Positions 1 to 9,320 of a DNA stretch of 64,000 bases are shown here, in pieces. This DNA is from Kiritimatiellia bacterium. Lineage in GTDB: Bacteria; Verrucomicrobiota; Kiritimatiellia; RFP12; UBA1067. Each line of letters starts with the position of its first letter. The stretch's first letter is position 1. Location: positions 23,621 through 87,620 of the forward strand of contig JAFXEU010000052.1 of assembly GCA_017520845.1 (NCBI GenBank). The letters are read 5' to 3'. Both the position numbers and the translations under genes were made by a program. The notes beneath the pieces were generated by a model. It was not told the origin of the DNA. It saw nothing but the letters and a program-made list of their open reading frames with translations, and searched no databases.

Positions 1-87
1 AACGGCCTCGATAGTCAAACCGGAAGCATTGAAATCAACTCCGGCATAGCCATTCACCTGAAGATCGACCCATTTATCTGTTTTCAT
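1..87 (-). CDS. nagA: N-acetylglucosamine-6-phosphate deacetylase-like amidohydrolase, N-terminal 29 codons only (gene continues beyond window start)
   Basis: The reverse complement of 1-87 reads MKTDKWVDLQVNGYAGVDFNASGLTIEAV. The DLQVNGxxGVDFN motif matches the metal-site region of NagA-type amidohydrolases. A GGGAG RBS lies 9 nt upstream of the ATG at 87-85. The context is a GlcNAc catabolism operon. Confidence 0.45.
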   Translation of the reverse strand, partial: MKTDKWVDLQVNGYAGVDFNASGLTIEAV

Positions 88-127
88 GTTTCTTCACTCC
101 CGAATGCAGCATACTGCGCGCTAAACG

Positions 128-1291
128 TCATTTCTTCGACGCCGCAAAAAGCCCTAACCCGAACAAATACGCAAGGCAGACCGCCAGGACAAGGACGAGC
201 CCGACAGCGCCGATCGCGCGCTGGGCCAGCCCCAGCACCGCCGAAACGACACCGCCGCCGACAATCGCCATCACCATCAGCGACGTAATCTCGTTTGCTT
301 TGCCGGGGACGCGTTCGATCGCCAGGCCCATGCACATGCCGAAACTGTTGGCCGACAGGAGCGCGACAAGCGCCACGAGCGCGAGGAAGCAGATCGCCGA
401 CGGCGCAAACGGGACGGCGAGAATCGCGACAAGAGCCAGTCCCATGCACCACGGCAGGCAGACTGCGGCAGACACCTTGGCGAAAAGAATGGCGCCGGCA
501 AACGCCGCGACGGTTTTCGCGACGAAATACACTGTCGGTCCTGCGCCGGCAAGATCCTTGTCGACATTGAATACGTTTTGAAGATATTCCGGGATCGCAA
601 CAGACATGCCGACATCGGCGCCGACTGAGAAAAGTATTCCGACAGTCATCGCGGCGACATACGGGTTTTTCATCATCGCGAAGCAGCTGGCAAAGCTAGT
701 CGCGCCCTCCCGCCTTGACTTGCCGGCACGCTCGTCAGGAATGTCGGAAATCCACAGCCACACCCCGACGAGTGCAGTAAGCGCTCCGTAAAGCGGAAAG
801 ATCAGCTTCCAGTTTCCGAGTGCGCTCGCCGTCAGATAAACGAAGAGAGGTGTGAGCGCCGCGCATATCGCCTTGACGAACTGGCCGAACGAAATGCGGC
901 TTGCAAGCCTGTCTCCCGCAACCATATTGCTCATAAGCGCCGGAAGCGCAGCCTGTATGACCGTATTGCCGATTCCGATCAGGGCGAAGGCCGCAACATA
1001 AAGATACCACCTCTCTGCATTTGCGAACATCGGCACGGCCATCGCGGCCAATGTGACGGCCAGAGACAGAAGAACCGTATTCTTCCGCCCGATTCTGCCG
1101 GCAAGGACTCCCGTCGGAATTGAAATGAGAAGGAACCATACATACGCGAAAACAGGCATCAGCCACGTTATCGTATCGGCGTCTGCCACGCATTCAGCCT
1201 TGATCTGATTCATGACGGTTCCTATGATGTCGCCAAATCCCATCACGAAAAATCCGGCGAAAAGCGGCAGGACAGCATAATTTTTCTTCAT
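128..1291 (-). CDS. MFS sugar transporter (FucP/GluP-like permease)
   Basis: 12-TM hydrophobic profile. The likely start is the internal MKKNYAVLPLFAGFFVMGFGD at 1291. The track's upstream extension to 1405 overlaps the ROK gene and is Arg-rich junk. Sits in the nagB/ROK operon. Confidence 0.7.
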   Translation of the reverse strand: MKKNYAVLPLFAGFFVMGFGDIIGTVMNQIKAECVADADTITWLMPVFAYVWFLLISIPTGVLAGRIGRKNTVLLSLAVTLAAMAVPMFANAERWYLYVAAFALIGIGNTVIQAALPALMSNMVAGDRLASRISFGQFVKAICAALTPLFVYLTASALGNWKLIFPLYGALTALVGVWLWISDIPDERAGKSRREGATSFASCFAMMKNPYVAAMTVGILFSVGADVGMSVAIPEYLQNVFNVDKDLAGAGPTVYFVAKTVAAFAGAILFAKVSAAVCLPWCMGLALVAILAVPFAPSAICFLALVALVALLSANSFGMCMGLAIERVPGKANEITSLMVMAIVGGGVVSAVLGLAQRAIGAVGLVLVLAVCLAYLFGLGLFAASKK

Positions 1292-1307
1292 CTCGAAAAA
1301 TCCTCGA

Positions 1308-2213
1308 TCACTTGTTTTGAGCATCAAGAGCCACGGCAAGCGCAGCGTAATCACCGACATTCTCGCCGAGCGCCGCAGGCACGATCCTGCATACCTTCCT
1401 CGCAAGAGGCAAAGCCTCCCGCTCGAGAATAGGATTCAGGACAGGCATGAAGAGATCCGCATTGCGCATAAAGACTCCGCCCAGCACAATAACCTCGGGA
1501 TTTAGGATGTCGATCGTAAAGGAAAGTACCATCGCAAGCTTTTCGGCCGACTCGCGAAAGATCTCCACGCAATCCGCATCGCCCGCGCGCACACGCTCAA
1601 AAAGCTCTTTTGCCGTAATATCGAGCCCTTTTCTTATTTTCGCGAGCCGCGCCATGCCCGCACCCGAACAGAAGCCTTCAGCGCTCCCCTCCTTGTTGTA
1701 GCCGACCGGTCCTGTCGGCGCGAGCCGGATATGGCCGATTTCTCCGGCATTGTCGTTGGAGCCGCTGTAAAGCCTGCCGTCGATGACAATTCCCGCACCA
1801 AGCCCCGTGCCGAACGTCATGAACACAAGATTCCTGACCCCGCGCCCCGAGCCGTACATATACTCCGCGAGCGCGCAGGCGTTCGCATCGTTCTGCACCG
1901 CAACAGGCACATTGAAGCGCTCTTCGAAAAAACGGACTACGGGCACATTGTCCCATCCCGGAAGATTGGGCGGCGACATGATGACGCCCCTGCGGGAATC
2001 GAGAGGCCCGCCGCAGCTGATCCCTATCGCCGAAATTTCATGGCCGTTCTCCTTCATCCTGGAAATTCTCGCCGCAAACTCCTCGAGGACCTCCTGCCAC
2101 GACATCCCTGCCGTCGGGAACTCGTCTCTCGAAAGGATCCTGATCCCTCCGTCCGCCGCTTCACCTGCGGAAACAGCGCACTTGGTGCCGCCGATATCAA
2201 GACCTATATTCAA
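1308..2213 (-). CDS. ROK-family sugar kinase (glucokinase/GlcNAc kinase-like)
   Basis: The LNIGLDIGGTKCAV N-terminal ROK motif and the CSGAG...CGCG region are present. The track ORF extends to 2495 through an Arg-rich antisense-like extension. The likely start is a TTG at about 2213, 6 nt after a GGAGGA RBS, but this is uncertain. Confidence 0.65.
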   Translation of the reverse strand: MNIGLDIGGTKCAVSAGEAADGGIRILSRDEFPTAGMSWQEVLEEFAARISRMKENGHEISAIGISCGGPLDSRRGVIMSPPNLPGWDNVPVVRFFEERFNVPVAVQNDANACALAEYMYGSGRGVRNLVFMTFGTGLGAGIVIDGRLYSGSNDNAGEIGHIRLAPTGPVGYNKEGSAEGFCSGAGMARLAKIRKGLDITAKELFERVRAGDADCVEIFRESAEKLAMVLSFTIDILNPEVIVLGGVFMRNADLFMPVLNPILEREALPLARKVCRIVPAALGENVGDYAALAVALDAQNK

Positions 2214-2854
2214 AACATTTCCTCCTCTATCGCCGCGCAAAGCGCGTGGTAAACACAAAGATGAAGCTCCTGCACCTTGAAGGTCTCCGTTTCCGGAACC
2301 CGTACAGCAACGTCGCACACCTCGGAAAGACGAGATTCGGCCCGACCCGTAAGGGCGATGGCCGCTCCGCCTTTTGCGCGCGCGACCTCTGCGGCGGCGA
2401 CGCAATTCGCGCTGTTGCCGCTCGTCGAAAGCGCTATCAAAACATCTTCCGGCCTGGCCAGAGCCAGCACCTGCTGCGCGAATGCGCACTCCCATTCGAC
2501 ATCGTTGGCGAAGGCGCTGATGAAGCCGCTCATGGAAGCGAGAGAAACGGCCCCCAATCCTCCCTCAAGCCTGGCGGCCAGCTCCGGACGGAGCCGTGCC
2601 GCGACTTCGGCGGGAAGAGGACGAGACTTCTTGAACTTCTTCAGAAGCTCTCCGCATATATGTTCAGCATCAGCCGCACTCCCGCCGTTGCCGCATACGA
2701 GCGCCTTGCCGCCCGAGCGGAACGAGCGAACCAGAATCTCAAACGCCTTTTCAATCTCGACGCGGCAGACCTTCAGTTCCGGGCGCCTCGCCAGAAGTTC
2801 GTCAAAGATCGACTTGACCGATTCTTTCATGATCTGTCCGGGCCTTTCCGCCAA
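2210..2854 (-). CDS. SIS-domain sugar-phosphate isomerase (GmhA/DiaA family)
   Basis: A single SIS domain is present with VCGNGGSAADAEH and ALSTSGNSANC motifs. Length is 214 aa. An alternative start at MKESVKS (2830) is possible. Confidence 0.6.
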   Translation of the reverse strand: MAERPGQIMKESVKSIFDELLARRPELKVCRVEIEKAFEILVRSFRSGGKALVCGNGGSAADAEHICGELLKKFKKSRPLPAEVAARLRPELAARLEGGLGAVSLASMSGFISAFANDVEWECAFAQQVLALARPEDVLIALSTSGNSANCVAAAEVARAKGGAAIALTGRAESRLSEVCDVAVRVPETETFKVQELHLCVYHALCAAIEEEMF

Positions 2855-2860
2855 TCGGCA

Positions 2861-3601
2861 TCATTTCAGTTTGGCGGCAGCATCCATGTCCAGATACAAC
2901 GTACAATCACGATGACGACGGAGGATCGACGATGGGCACATGTTCGTCAGCGGTCCGTCGACGGCTGCGGCGACGGCATCGGCCTTGCGCGCGTCCGGGA
3001 CGATTACGAGAATGGCATTCGCCGCCATTATCTGGGGAACCGTCATCGAAAAGGCATGTGTGGGAACGCTGTCGAGATTCGGGAACCACCCTTCGCCGAC
3101 CTGCTGCATGCGGCAGGCCTCGTCAAGCTCCACCACCGCAAACGCGGCATCGGTCTCGAAATCTGCGGGCGGGTCGTTGAATGCGATATGGGCGTTCTCG
3201 CCGATCCCGATGCAGGCAAGATCAATAGGCTTTTCGCGGATGGCCGCTTCCAGACGCGCACATTCCGCGGCCGTATCCGCCGCATCGCCGCAGACAAAGG
3301 TAAATTCCTTCGGCAGCACAGGAAGCTTTGACAGAAGCCTGTCCTTGAAATAACGCCGGAACGAGGCAATGTGGGTGTCTGGGATTCCGACATATTCGTC
3401 AAGATGGAACGCATGAACCTTCGTCCAATCAATCTCGGCATGGGTCGTCAGCGATTCGATAAACGCAAACTGGCTCGCGCCGGTCGCCAAGATCACGCGG
3501 GCTTCGCCGCGTTCGGCGATTGCGGCGCATATCCGCTTCGCCGCGTCATCGGCTGCGACGCGCCCCATATCTTCCTTCGTCTTTTCAATGACTGTCTTCA
3601 T
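2861..3601 (-). CDS. nagB: glucosamine-6-phosphate deaminase
   Basis: NagB/6-phosphogluconolactonase-family sequence with ILATGASQ, HLDEYVG and GIGENAHIAFNDP motifs. Length is 246 aa. Confidence 0.8.
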   Translation of the reverse strand: MKTVIEKTKEDMGRVAADDAAKRICAAIAERGEARVILATGASQFAFIESLTTHAEIDWTKVHAFHLDEYVGIPDTHIASFRRYFKDRLLSKLPVLPKEFTFVCGDAADTAAECARLEAAIREKPIDLACIGIGENAHIAFNDPPADFETDAAFAVVELDEACRMQQVGEGWFPNLDSVPTHAFSMTVPQIMAANAILVIVPDARKADAVAAAVDGPLTNMCPSSILRRHRDCTLYLDMDAAAKLK

Positions 3602-5108
3602 TTGTGTTTTCTCCGTCTATTTTTCTGAAAAATCCATCGACATCGCGTCTCTCGCTCTCGCTGTCACGGAGAAGGAGAGACCCCAACGCCACAAGCCCGA
3701 TGCTTGCCGCAGAAGTAAGCGGAAACGACCAGACAATCTCGCGCAGGAACGGCCACCGGGAACTGAGGGCAAAAAGAGAAAGACCGAAGACTATGCCGCC
3801 TACGAGGGCCAGCATTCCGGATCTGCGGGAAATCCTGCGGCAAACCAGCCCTGCAATCATCGGTATCGCGATTGGAGGAAGAAAGACGCCGAAAATCTTG
3901 TTGGAAACGTCGAAGAGGTCGTCCGCACCCTGGACGTACTGCATGATGAAGGTAAGAGCTATGACAATCATCCCTATAAGAACGGTAGCCGTCCGTGCGA
4001 CAACCATCTTGGCCTTGGACATGGCCGCAGGAAACATCTTCAGGAACATTTCATTTACGACAACGGCGGCGGCGGCATTTATGTTTCCTGCAAGAGAGCT
4101 CATCGTGGCGGAGAACATCGCAGCGATGACCATCCCCATCATCCCTATCGGCAACACGTGCGAACAGACAAGGGCATACACCCCGTTCATGCCTTCATCG
4201 GGGATCCCCGGCAGGAAGATTCGCGCAGCCATCGCAGGGAAGAAGAACAGCGGCGGACCTGCGAAAAGAAGCGCGGCCACGAGATGCGCCATTTTTTTGG
4301 CATCCCTGTCGCTTCGCGTCGAATAATATCGCTGAACGAGCGACCAGTTGGTCGAAAGAGTAGAACCCACACAGCAGAAGAACACAATCATGTAGACCCA
4401 GGTGTATCTGCCGGCCGTAAACCAGAAGAAGCCTTCAGGAGCCCGTTCGATGAAGACGGAAAAGCCTTTTGCCAAACCGCCACCGCCGTCCAGACGAGCC
4501 AAATGCCCGAGACAGAGGACAGGAAGCGTCAGCACCACGGCAAGAATGAAAAAGAACTGGATGAAGTCGCAGACGAGCGTCGCCTTCAACCCTCCGAGAA
4601 ATGTGTAGAGTATTATTATCGCGCCTGAGATTGCAATCGACCAGAAAAGCGGGAATCCCATGCCAACGCCGACAACAGTCCCTATCGCAAGTAGCTTGAA
4701 TGCATTGTCAAGAAGCTGCATCGGAAGCCCGAGAACGGCAAGCGTCCTGCACATTTGCGGCGTATAGCGCTTCGCGATGTAGTCGATCGGACTGCCTGAA
4801 GCCGCCCTGCGCCAGCGCACGGCCAGAAAATGCGCCCCGAGAAGAACCGCCGGAACCGAAAGCCAGCTGACCGTAACAGGAACCAATCCGTACTTGTACG
4901 CCAAAGCGGAATACATGACAAAAGCAAGAGCCGAAAAGCTGTTCATGTAGAAGGATATCCCTGCCAGCCACCACGGAACGGTCTTGTCGCCGCCAAAGAA
5001 CTGCTCCGCGGACTTCGAACGGCGGGCGAAATAAAGGCCGACCGAAATCATCACGGCGAAAAAGACCGCAATTACGGAATAATCGACAAATGACAGGCTC
5101 TTCGACAC
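3585..5108 (-). CDS. sodium:solute symporter (SSF family)
   Basis: 507 aa with about 13 TM helices. The N-terminal VDYSVIAVFFAVMISVGLYFARRSKSAEQFFGG motif is typical of SSF/SGLT transporters. Confidence 0.75.
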   Translation of the reverse strand: MSKSLSFVDYSVIAVFFAVMISVGLYFARRSKSAEQFFGGDKTVPWWLAGISFYMNSFSALAFVMYSALAYKYGLVPVTVSWLSVPAVLLGAHFLAVRWRRAASGSPIDYIAKRYTPQMCRTLAVLGLPMQLLDNAFKLLAIGTVVGVGMGFPLFWSIAISGAIIILYTFLGGLKATLVCDFIQFFFILAVVLTLPVLCLGHLARLDGGGGLAKGFSVFIERAPEGFFWFTAGRYTWVYMIVFFCCVGSTLSTNWSLVQRYYSTRSDRDAKKMAHLVAALLFAGPPLFFFPAMAARIFLPGIPDEGMNGVYALVCSHVLPIGMMGMVIAAMFSATMSSLAGNINAAAAVVVNEMFLKMFPAAMSKAKMVVARTATVLIGMIVIALTFIMQYVQGADDLFDVSNKIFGVFLPPIAIPMIAGLVCRRISRRSGMLALVGGIVFGLSLFALSSRWPFLREIVWSFPLTSAASIGLVALGSLLLRDSESERRDVDGFFRKIDGENTNEDSH

Positions 5109-5123
5109 TTCAAACCACCTCCG

Positions 5124-8100
5124 TCACCATGCTGTCACCGGATTGGGGCTGTAGGCTCCGAAGTCTTCTGCGGCTTCGTCAAGCTCTTTGATCGTATCGG
5201 CTCTTCCGGCGAGATAGTCCGAAAGTCTCCGTTCGGCTTCAGCCATGCGCTCCAGCTGTGCGGCATTGCGCTTCTGGATGCGCTCGAAACCGAACGGGAG
5301 GGACGTCGAATGCCAATCTGCGCGGTATTCGACGCAAAAGTCCTGCATCAATTTCCTCAAGCACGGAAGATCCTCGAAGGTTATGCGGGCAATAAGAGCC
5401 TTGTCCTTCCTCTTCCATGCGGCAAGGATGTCCGCTTCGTAATCGAGCTTGGCGCGAAGAACCTTGACGAGCGATTTTGCGGAGGCCGGAAGATTCTCGA
5501 GCTTCTCGCATTCGACAAGCGTGCGCCGGTAATCCGCCATGACCGCATTGGCGTCATCGCGCCATTCCTTCGTTTTGTACTTTGCACAGTAAAAACGCCT
5601 GTCCTTCGTTTCGCTAGGTTTGCGGACCAGATAGTTGCGGTAGTTGCCGCAGTAGATAGGATCGTCGTAAAGAATCGAGAAATCAAGAATCATGTCCGGC
5701 CACTCGTCGGCATAATGGCGCATCACATCGCCGAGTTTGACAAGGGCGCGGTAATCAAGACCCGTTATCCTTCCGAAACGCGCGCAATTTTCCGCATTTG
5801 GCTCGGGGGTCCTTCCGGAAGAAAGCTCCGCGCAGGCGAAAAGGCCTTCTTCTGCGATATCGGGCATTGATGCCGAACCATCGTCCCCCCACACTGTGAA
5901 CCACATCTCTCGACAGCCCTTCTTGAGCGCGGCCCTGACAAACGGCGCGGACGTCGCCAGAGTCTTTTCTCTGTCATGGAGGAAATGCGCCCACACCTGA
6001 ATGCCGCCCGCGAGAATGAGATTGTCCGAAAGCTTTCTGTGTCCGTCGATCATCTTCTCGTAGTATTCCTGCCTGTCGTGATAATAATCCCAGTAGCAAA
6101 GCGTGACGTTTTCCGGAAGCTTCTCGGCAAGAGACGGATCTACCGTCGCGTTTTCGTCATAATAGTCGTGAGTCGACGATGCGTTGCGGTAGATCATATC
6201 GCTCCAGATTATCGGACGAGAAAAACCATATTTCGCGCAAATTTCGTTGACGCGCCTCAAATGCTCGACAAACACTTCACTCTTGTCGCGCTTGCCGTTC
6301 TTCTTGGCATATCGCGCGCCCGCAAAACCGCCGGCTTCGTCCATGCCGAGATGTATCTGCTCGCCGCCGACCGTCTCGGCCCAGAACGCGATCATCTTTT
6401 CGATGAGGGCATAGGACTTCTCCTCGCCGACAAGAAGCGTCGAGCCGGTGTTTTTGATGTCGGCGTAATCGCTCCACCTGAGAACGGTCTCGAGATGTCC
6501 GAGCGTTTCTATGCACGGCACCATCCTTAGTCCGTACTTGTCGGCGAGCTCCTTTATCCGTTTGACGTCGGCTTTTGAATATCGCCCTTTCATATAGCCA
6601 AACTTCGCCTCGCCGTCGAGCCTGAACACGTCTTCGCAATACAGCATGACGGCGTTGTACCCCATCTCGCTCATCCTCTTGAAGCGTTTTTCGAGATAGT
6701 CGATCCTCAAGACCCTCCCTCGCGACACATCGATCATCGCACCAAGCGTCTCGAACTTCGAGTGCGACGAAGGTCTTCCGGCCGTTTCATCCGTTTTCCT
6801 CTCGGCCTTGAGGGCGTCCTTGAGATTCCAGATCGTCAGCCTTGAGAGAAATTCCCCGGCCGTCATTTTCGCGCCCGGAGCATATCTGAAGACCCTGCGG
6901 CCGCCGAAAAGCGTCACAAAATTCTCGTCAAACTCTCCGCCCTGATCTCCGGCCACATAGAGCATCGTCGCGAACGAGGGGGCCTCGGAGGAGACCGAAA
7001 CCTCGACACTTCCGTCTTCAAGGACTCTCGCACCCTCAACCTTCAGCCCCGGAGACGGAAGATCCGTCCTGGCGAGACGCGACACGGTCTCGGTCTCCTC
7101 GTTCCGGTAGGCTTTTCCTTCGGCATCGAAGCCTTCGACCGAAAGGACGAGAAACGTCCCGGAGCTTTCACGCTCAGTTTCGCCAAACGTCTTCACACCC
7201 GCCCCTTCGAACGAGAACGGATAGGTGTTCCTTGCCGTTTCGGCGCCATCTGACATCCTGCGTCTCGACACGGTAAGCCTGCCCTTGAGCGGACGCGGCA
7301 GATCCCAGACAACAGTCGCCACGGAATCGAATTCGCTGTTCGTCCTAGAATCGAGAAACGCCACGAGCGGCTTGTTGAAGCGCCTGGCGGCATACATCGC
7401 AGCCTTGAGATTCAGCGCATGGTCGATCGACGAATCGCTGTATGTCGGCCACCAGTCATTGAGCTGCCAGTTCAGCACTCCCATGCAGTACGGCATTTCG
7501 GCGTGACAACGGTTCTGCACCTTTCTCAAAAGACGGGCCTGAAGAACCTGCGTGAGATACATGAAAGACTCTTCGTCTTTCGGCTCGCCGAAATATTCTT
7601 TTATCGCCGCAAGCGCGCGCTTCTCCTCGCCCTCCTTCTTGACGTGGTTCATCATGTCGGGCGATTCCGGATCGAGCGAAGAGACGAAACGCCTCATGTA
7701 ATCGGCCTGCGGATACGAGCGCCAGCCATATTCGCTCATAAAGCGGACTTTGAGCGCAAGATACGCCTCTATCGGACGGTTGCCGCCGCCCACCCCCCAG
7801 CAATGGCTGTCGCCCTTGTCGTAATCGAAATTCTCCTCCCAGCGCCTGTCGCCGGAACAGGGAGAACTAGGCCAGAAAAACCGCCCGGGATCGGTGCGCG
7901 CGGCAGCCTCGGCTATCGTCGTCGAAAGCCTGTCGCAAAGCGCGTACCACGAGCGCGTCACATAGCTGCACCAGTACGATTCGTTGTCGCCGCACCATAT
8001 CGCGATGGACGGATGCGATTTGAGGCGCTTTATCTGGTGGACGACTTCAGCGCGAATATTGTCGCGAAACTTCCAATCGTCCACGGGATAGTAAGCGCAT

Positions 8101-9302
8101 GCGAACATCATATCCTGCCAGACGAGAAGCCCGAGCTCGTCGCAGATGTCGTAAAATCCGTCATCCTCGTAAACGCCGCCGCCCCATACGCGGATCATGT
8201 TCGCGCCCGTCTTCGCCGCTTCGCGCAGCTGAAAAGCGGCCCGGTCGGCCGTGCGCCGCGAAGGGAACGCCTCCGAAACTATCCAGTTCCAGCCCTTCGC
8301 GAAAACATCCGCTCCGTTCACCCTGAAGAAAAACGATTCGCCGCCCTTCGAGTCCTTTTCACGGACGAGCTCGACCGTTCTGAAGCCGAGATTGCGCTTG
8401 AGAGTTTCGCCCTCGCACGAAACGCTGTAACGGTACAGATTCTGTTCGCCGTAGCCGTTCGGCCACCAGAGACGCGGCTTTTCGACAACGAAAGGAGCTT
8501 CGATCGTGAACGGAGCGCACGAGCGCGGCACTTTCGCTTTTACAGTTTTCTTTTCACCCTCAAACTCGAAATCGACTCGGACCTCGTCGCCGGCCTTCGC
8601 GCACGCGACGGGCGAAACTTCGGCCGTCAGAACGACGCGGCCTTCGCCGTTTTCGATTTTCTGGGCGTGCCAGACGTAATCGAGATACGCCGTATCGGCC
8701 GATCTAAGGCGGACTTTACCGAGAATGCCGGACGTCGGGACGGAAACGCCCCAATCCCATCCGGCCTGACACTGCGTGCGCCGGAGAAAATTGATGTACC
8801 TTATCGTGTTGCGCCCGTGGCTGGAGATTTTGTCGGAACATCCCGCGGCGGCCTTGCGCTTAAGACTCGCTTTCAGGGGAGAAGGCAATCTCACCTCGAG
8901 AACGTTTTCGTCTTTGAGGATCCCCGTCACGTCAAACGACCATTTGCGGAACTGGTTGTTCGCGTAAAATCTTTCGCCGTTAAGAACGATTTCGGCAGGA
9001 TCGTCTACCGATTCGAATTCAAGTCGGACGTTTTTAGCGTCTTTCATCGCCGGCTCGAGTTTGAAGCGGCGCGTGAAAACGCTCGTGTCGTTCACATGTT
9101 TCTGCACGAGCCATTCGTTCGTCCCGAAGAAAGGATCGGGTATCAACGAGGCTTTCAAAAGCGCGGAATAATTGTCTCCCGGTATTTCCGCGGCGATTGC
9201 GGGGGCGTCGCCCATCTTGAGCTCCCACGCGCCGCCGAGATCCTGCTCCGCCGCCAACGAAGGGAGCGCAGCCAAAAAACTTATAAAAAAGAACTTTTTC
9301 AT
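5124..9302 (-). CDS. secreted GH2 beta-mannosidase-like enzyme fused to a C-terminal hexosaminidase-like (GH20-like) TIM-barrel domain, 1392 aa
   Basis: Signal peptide MKKFFFISFLAALPSLAA. The WWPNGYGEQ and VWGGGVYEDDGFYDICDELGLLVWQDMMFACA motifs match GH2 beta-mannosidases. The C-terminal region (NAVMLYCED...MVPCIETLGHLE...IHLGMDEAGG) resembles the GH20 catalytic core. The C-terminal family assignment is tentative. Confidence 0.6.
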   Translation of the reverse strand: MKKFFFISFLAALPSLAAEQDLGGAWELKMGDAPAIAAEIPGDNYSALLKASLIPDPFFGTNEWLVQKHVNDTSVFTRRFKLEPAMKDAKNVRLEFESVDDPAEIVLNGERFYANNQFRKWSFDVTGILKDENVLEVRLPSPLKASLKRKAAAGCSDKISSHGRNTIRYINFLRRTQCQAGWDWGVSVPTSGILGKVRLRSADTAYLDYVWHAQKIENGEGRVVLTAEVSPVACAKAGDEVRVDFEFEGEKKTVKAKVPRSCAPFTIEAPFVVEKPRLWWPNGYGEQNLYRYSVSCEGETLKRNLGFRTVELVREKDSKGGESFFFRVNGADVFAKGWNWIVSEAFPSRRTADRAAFQLREAAKTGANMIRVWGGGVYEDDGFYDICDELGLLVWQDMMFACAYYPVDDWKFRDNIRAEVVHQIKRLKSHPSIAIWCGDNESYWCSYVTRSWYALCDRLSTTIAEAAARTDPGRFFWPSSPCSGDRRWEENFDYDKGDSHCWGVGGGNRPIEAYLALKVRFMSEYGWRSYPQADYMRRFVSSLDPESPDMMNHVKKEGEEKRALAAIKEYFGEPKDEESFMYLTQVLQARLLRKVQNRCHAEMPYCMGVLNWQLNDWWPTYSDSSIDHALNLKAAMYAARRFNKPLVAFLDSRTNSEFDSVATVVWDLPRPLKGRLTVSRRRMSDGAETARNTYPFSFEGAGVKTFGETERESSGTFLVLSVEGFDAEGKAYRNEETETVSRLARTDLPSPGLKVEGARVLEDGSVEVSVSSEAPSFATMLYVAGDQGGEFDENFVTLFGGRRVFRYAPGAKMTAGEFLSRLTIWNLKDALKAERKTDETAGRPSSHSKFETLGAMIDVSRGRVLRIDYLEKRFKRMSEMGYNAVMLYCEDVFRLDGEAKFGYMKGRYSKADVKRIKELADKYGLRMVPCIETLGHLETVLRWSDYADIKNTGSTLLVGEEKSYALIEKMIAFWAETVGGEQIHLGMDEAGGFAGARYAKKNGKRDKSEVFVEHLRRVNEICAKYGFSRPIIWSDMIYRNASSTHDYYDENATVDPSLAEKLPENVTLCYWDYYHDRQEYYEKMIDGHRKLSDNLILAGGIQVWAHFLHDREKTLATSAPFVRAALKKGCREMWFTVWGDDGSASMPDIAEEGLFACAELSSGRTPEPNAENCARFGRITGLDYRALVKLGDVMRHYADEWPDMILDFSILYDDPIYCGNYRNYLVRKPSETKDRRFYCAKYKTKEWRDDANAVMADYRRTLVECEKLENLPASAKSLVKVLRAKLDYEADILAAWKRKDKALIARITFEDLPCLRKLMQDFCVEYRADWHSTSLPFGFERIQKRNAAQLERMAEAERRLSDYLAGRADTIKELDEAAEDFGAYSPNPVTAW

Positions 9303-9320
9303 GGTCGCATATTCCTTTTC

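Noticed and set aside
84-615. Several 90-120-aa ORFs on both strands at the window start
   Set aside because: They overlap the MFS transporter gene and are Arg/Pro/Ser-rich low-complexity shadow frames.
2246-3331. 361-aa plus-strand ORF over gmhA-like/nagB
   Set aside because: It is antisense to two genes with clear enzyme motifs. Arg-rich and low-complexity.
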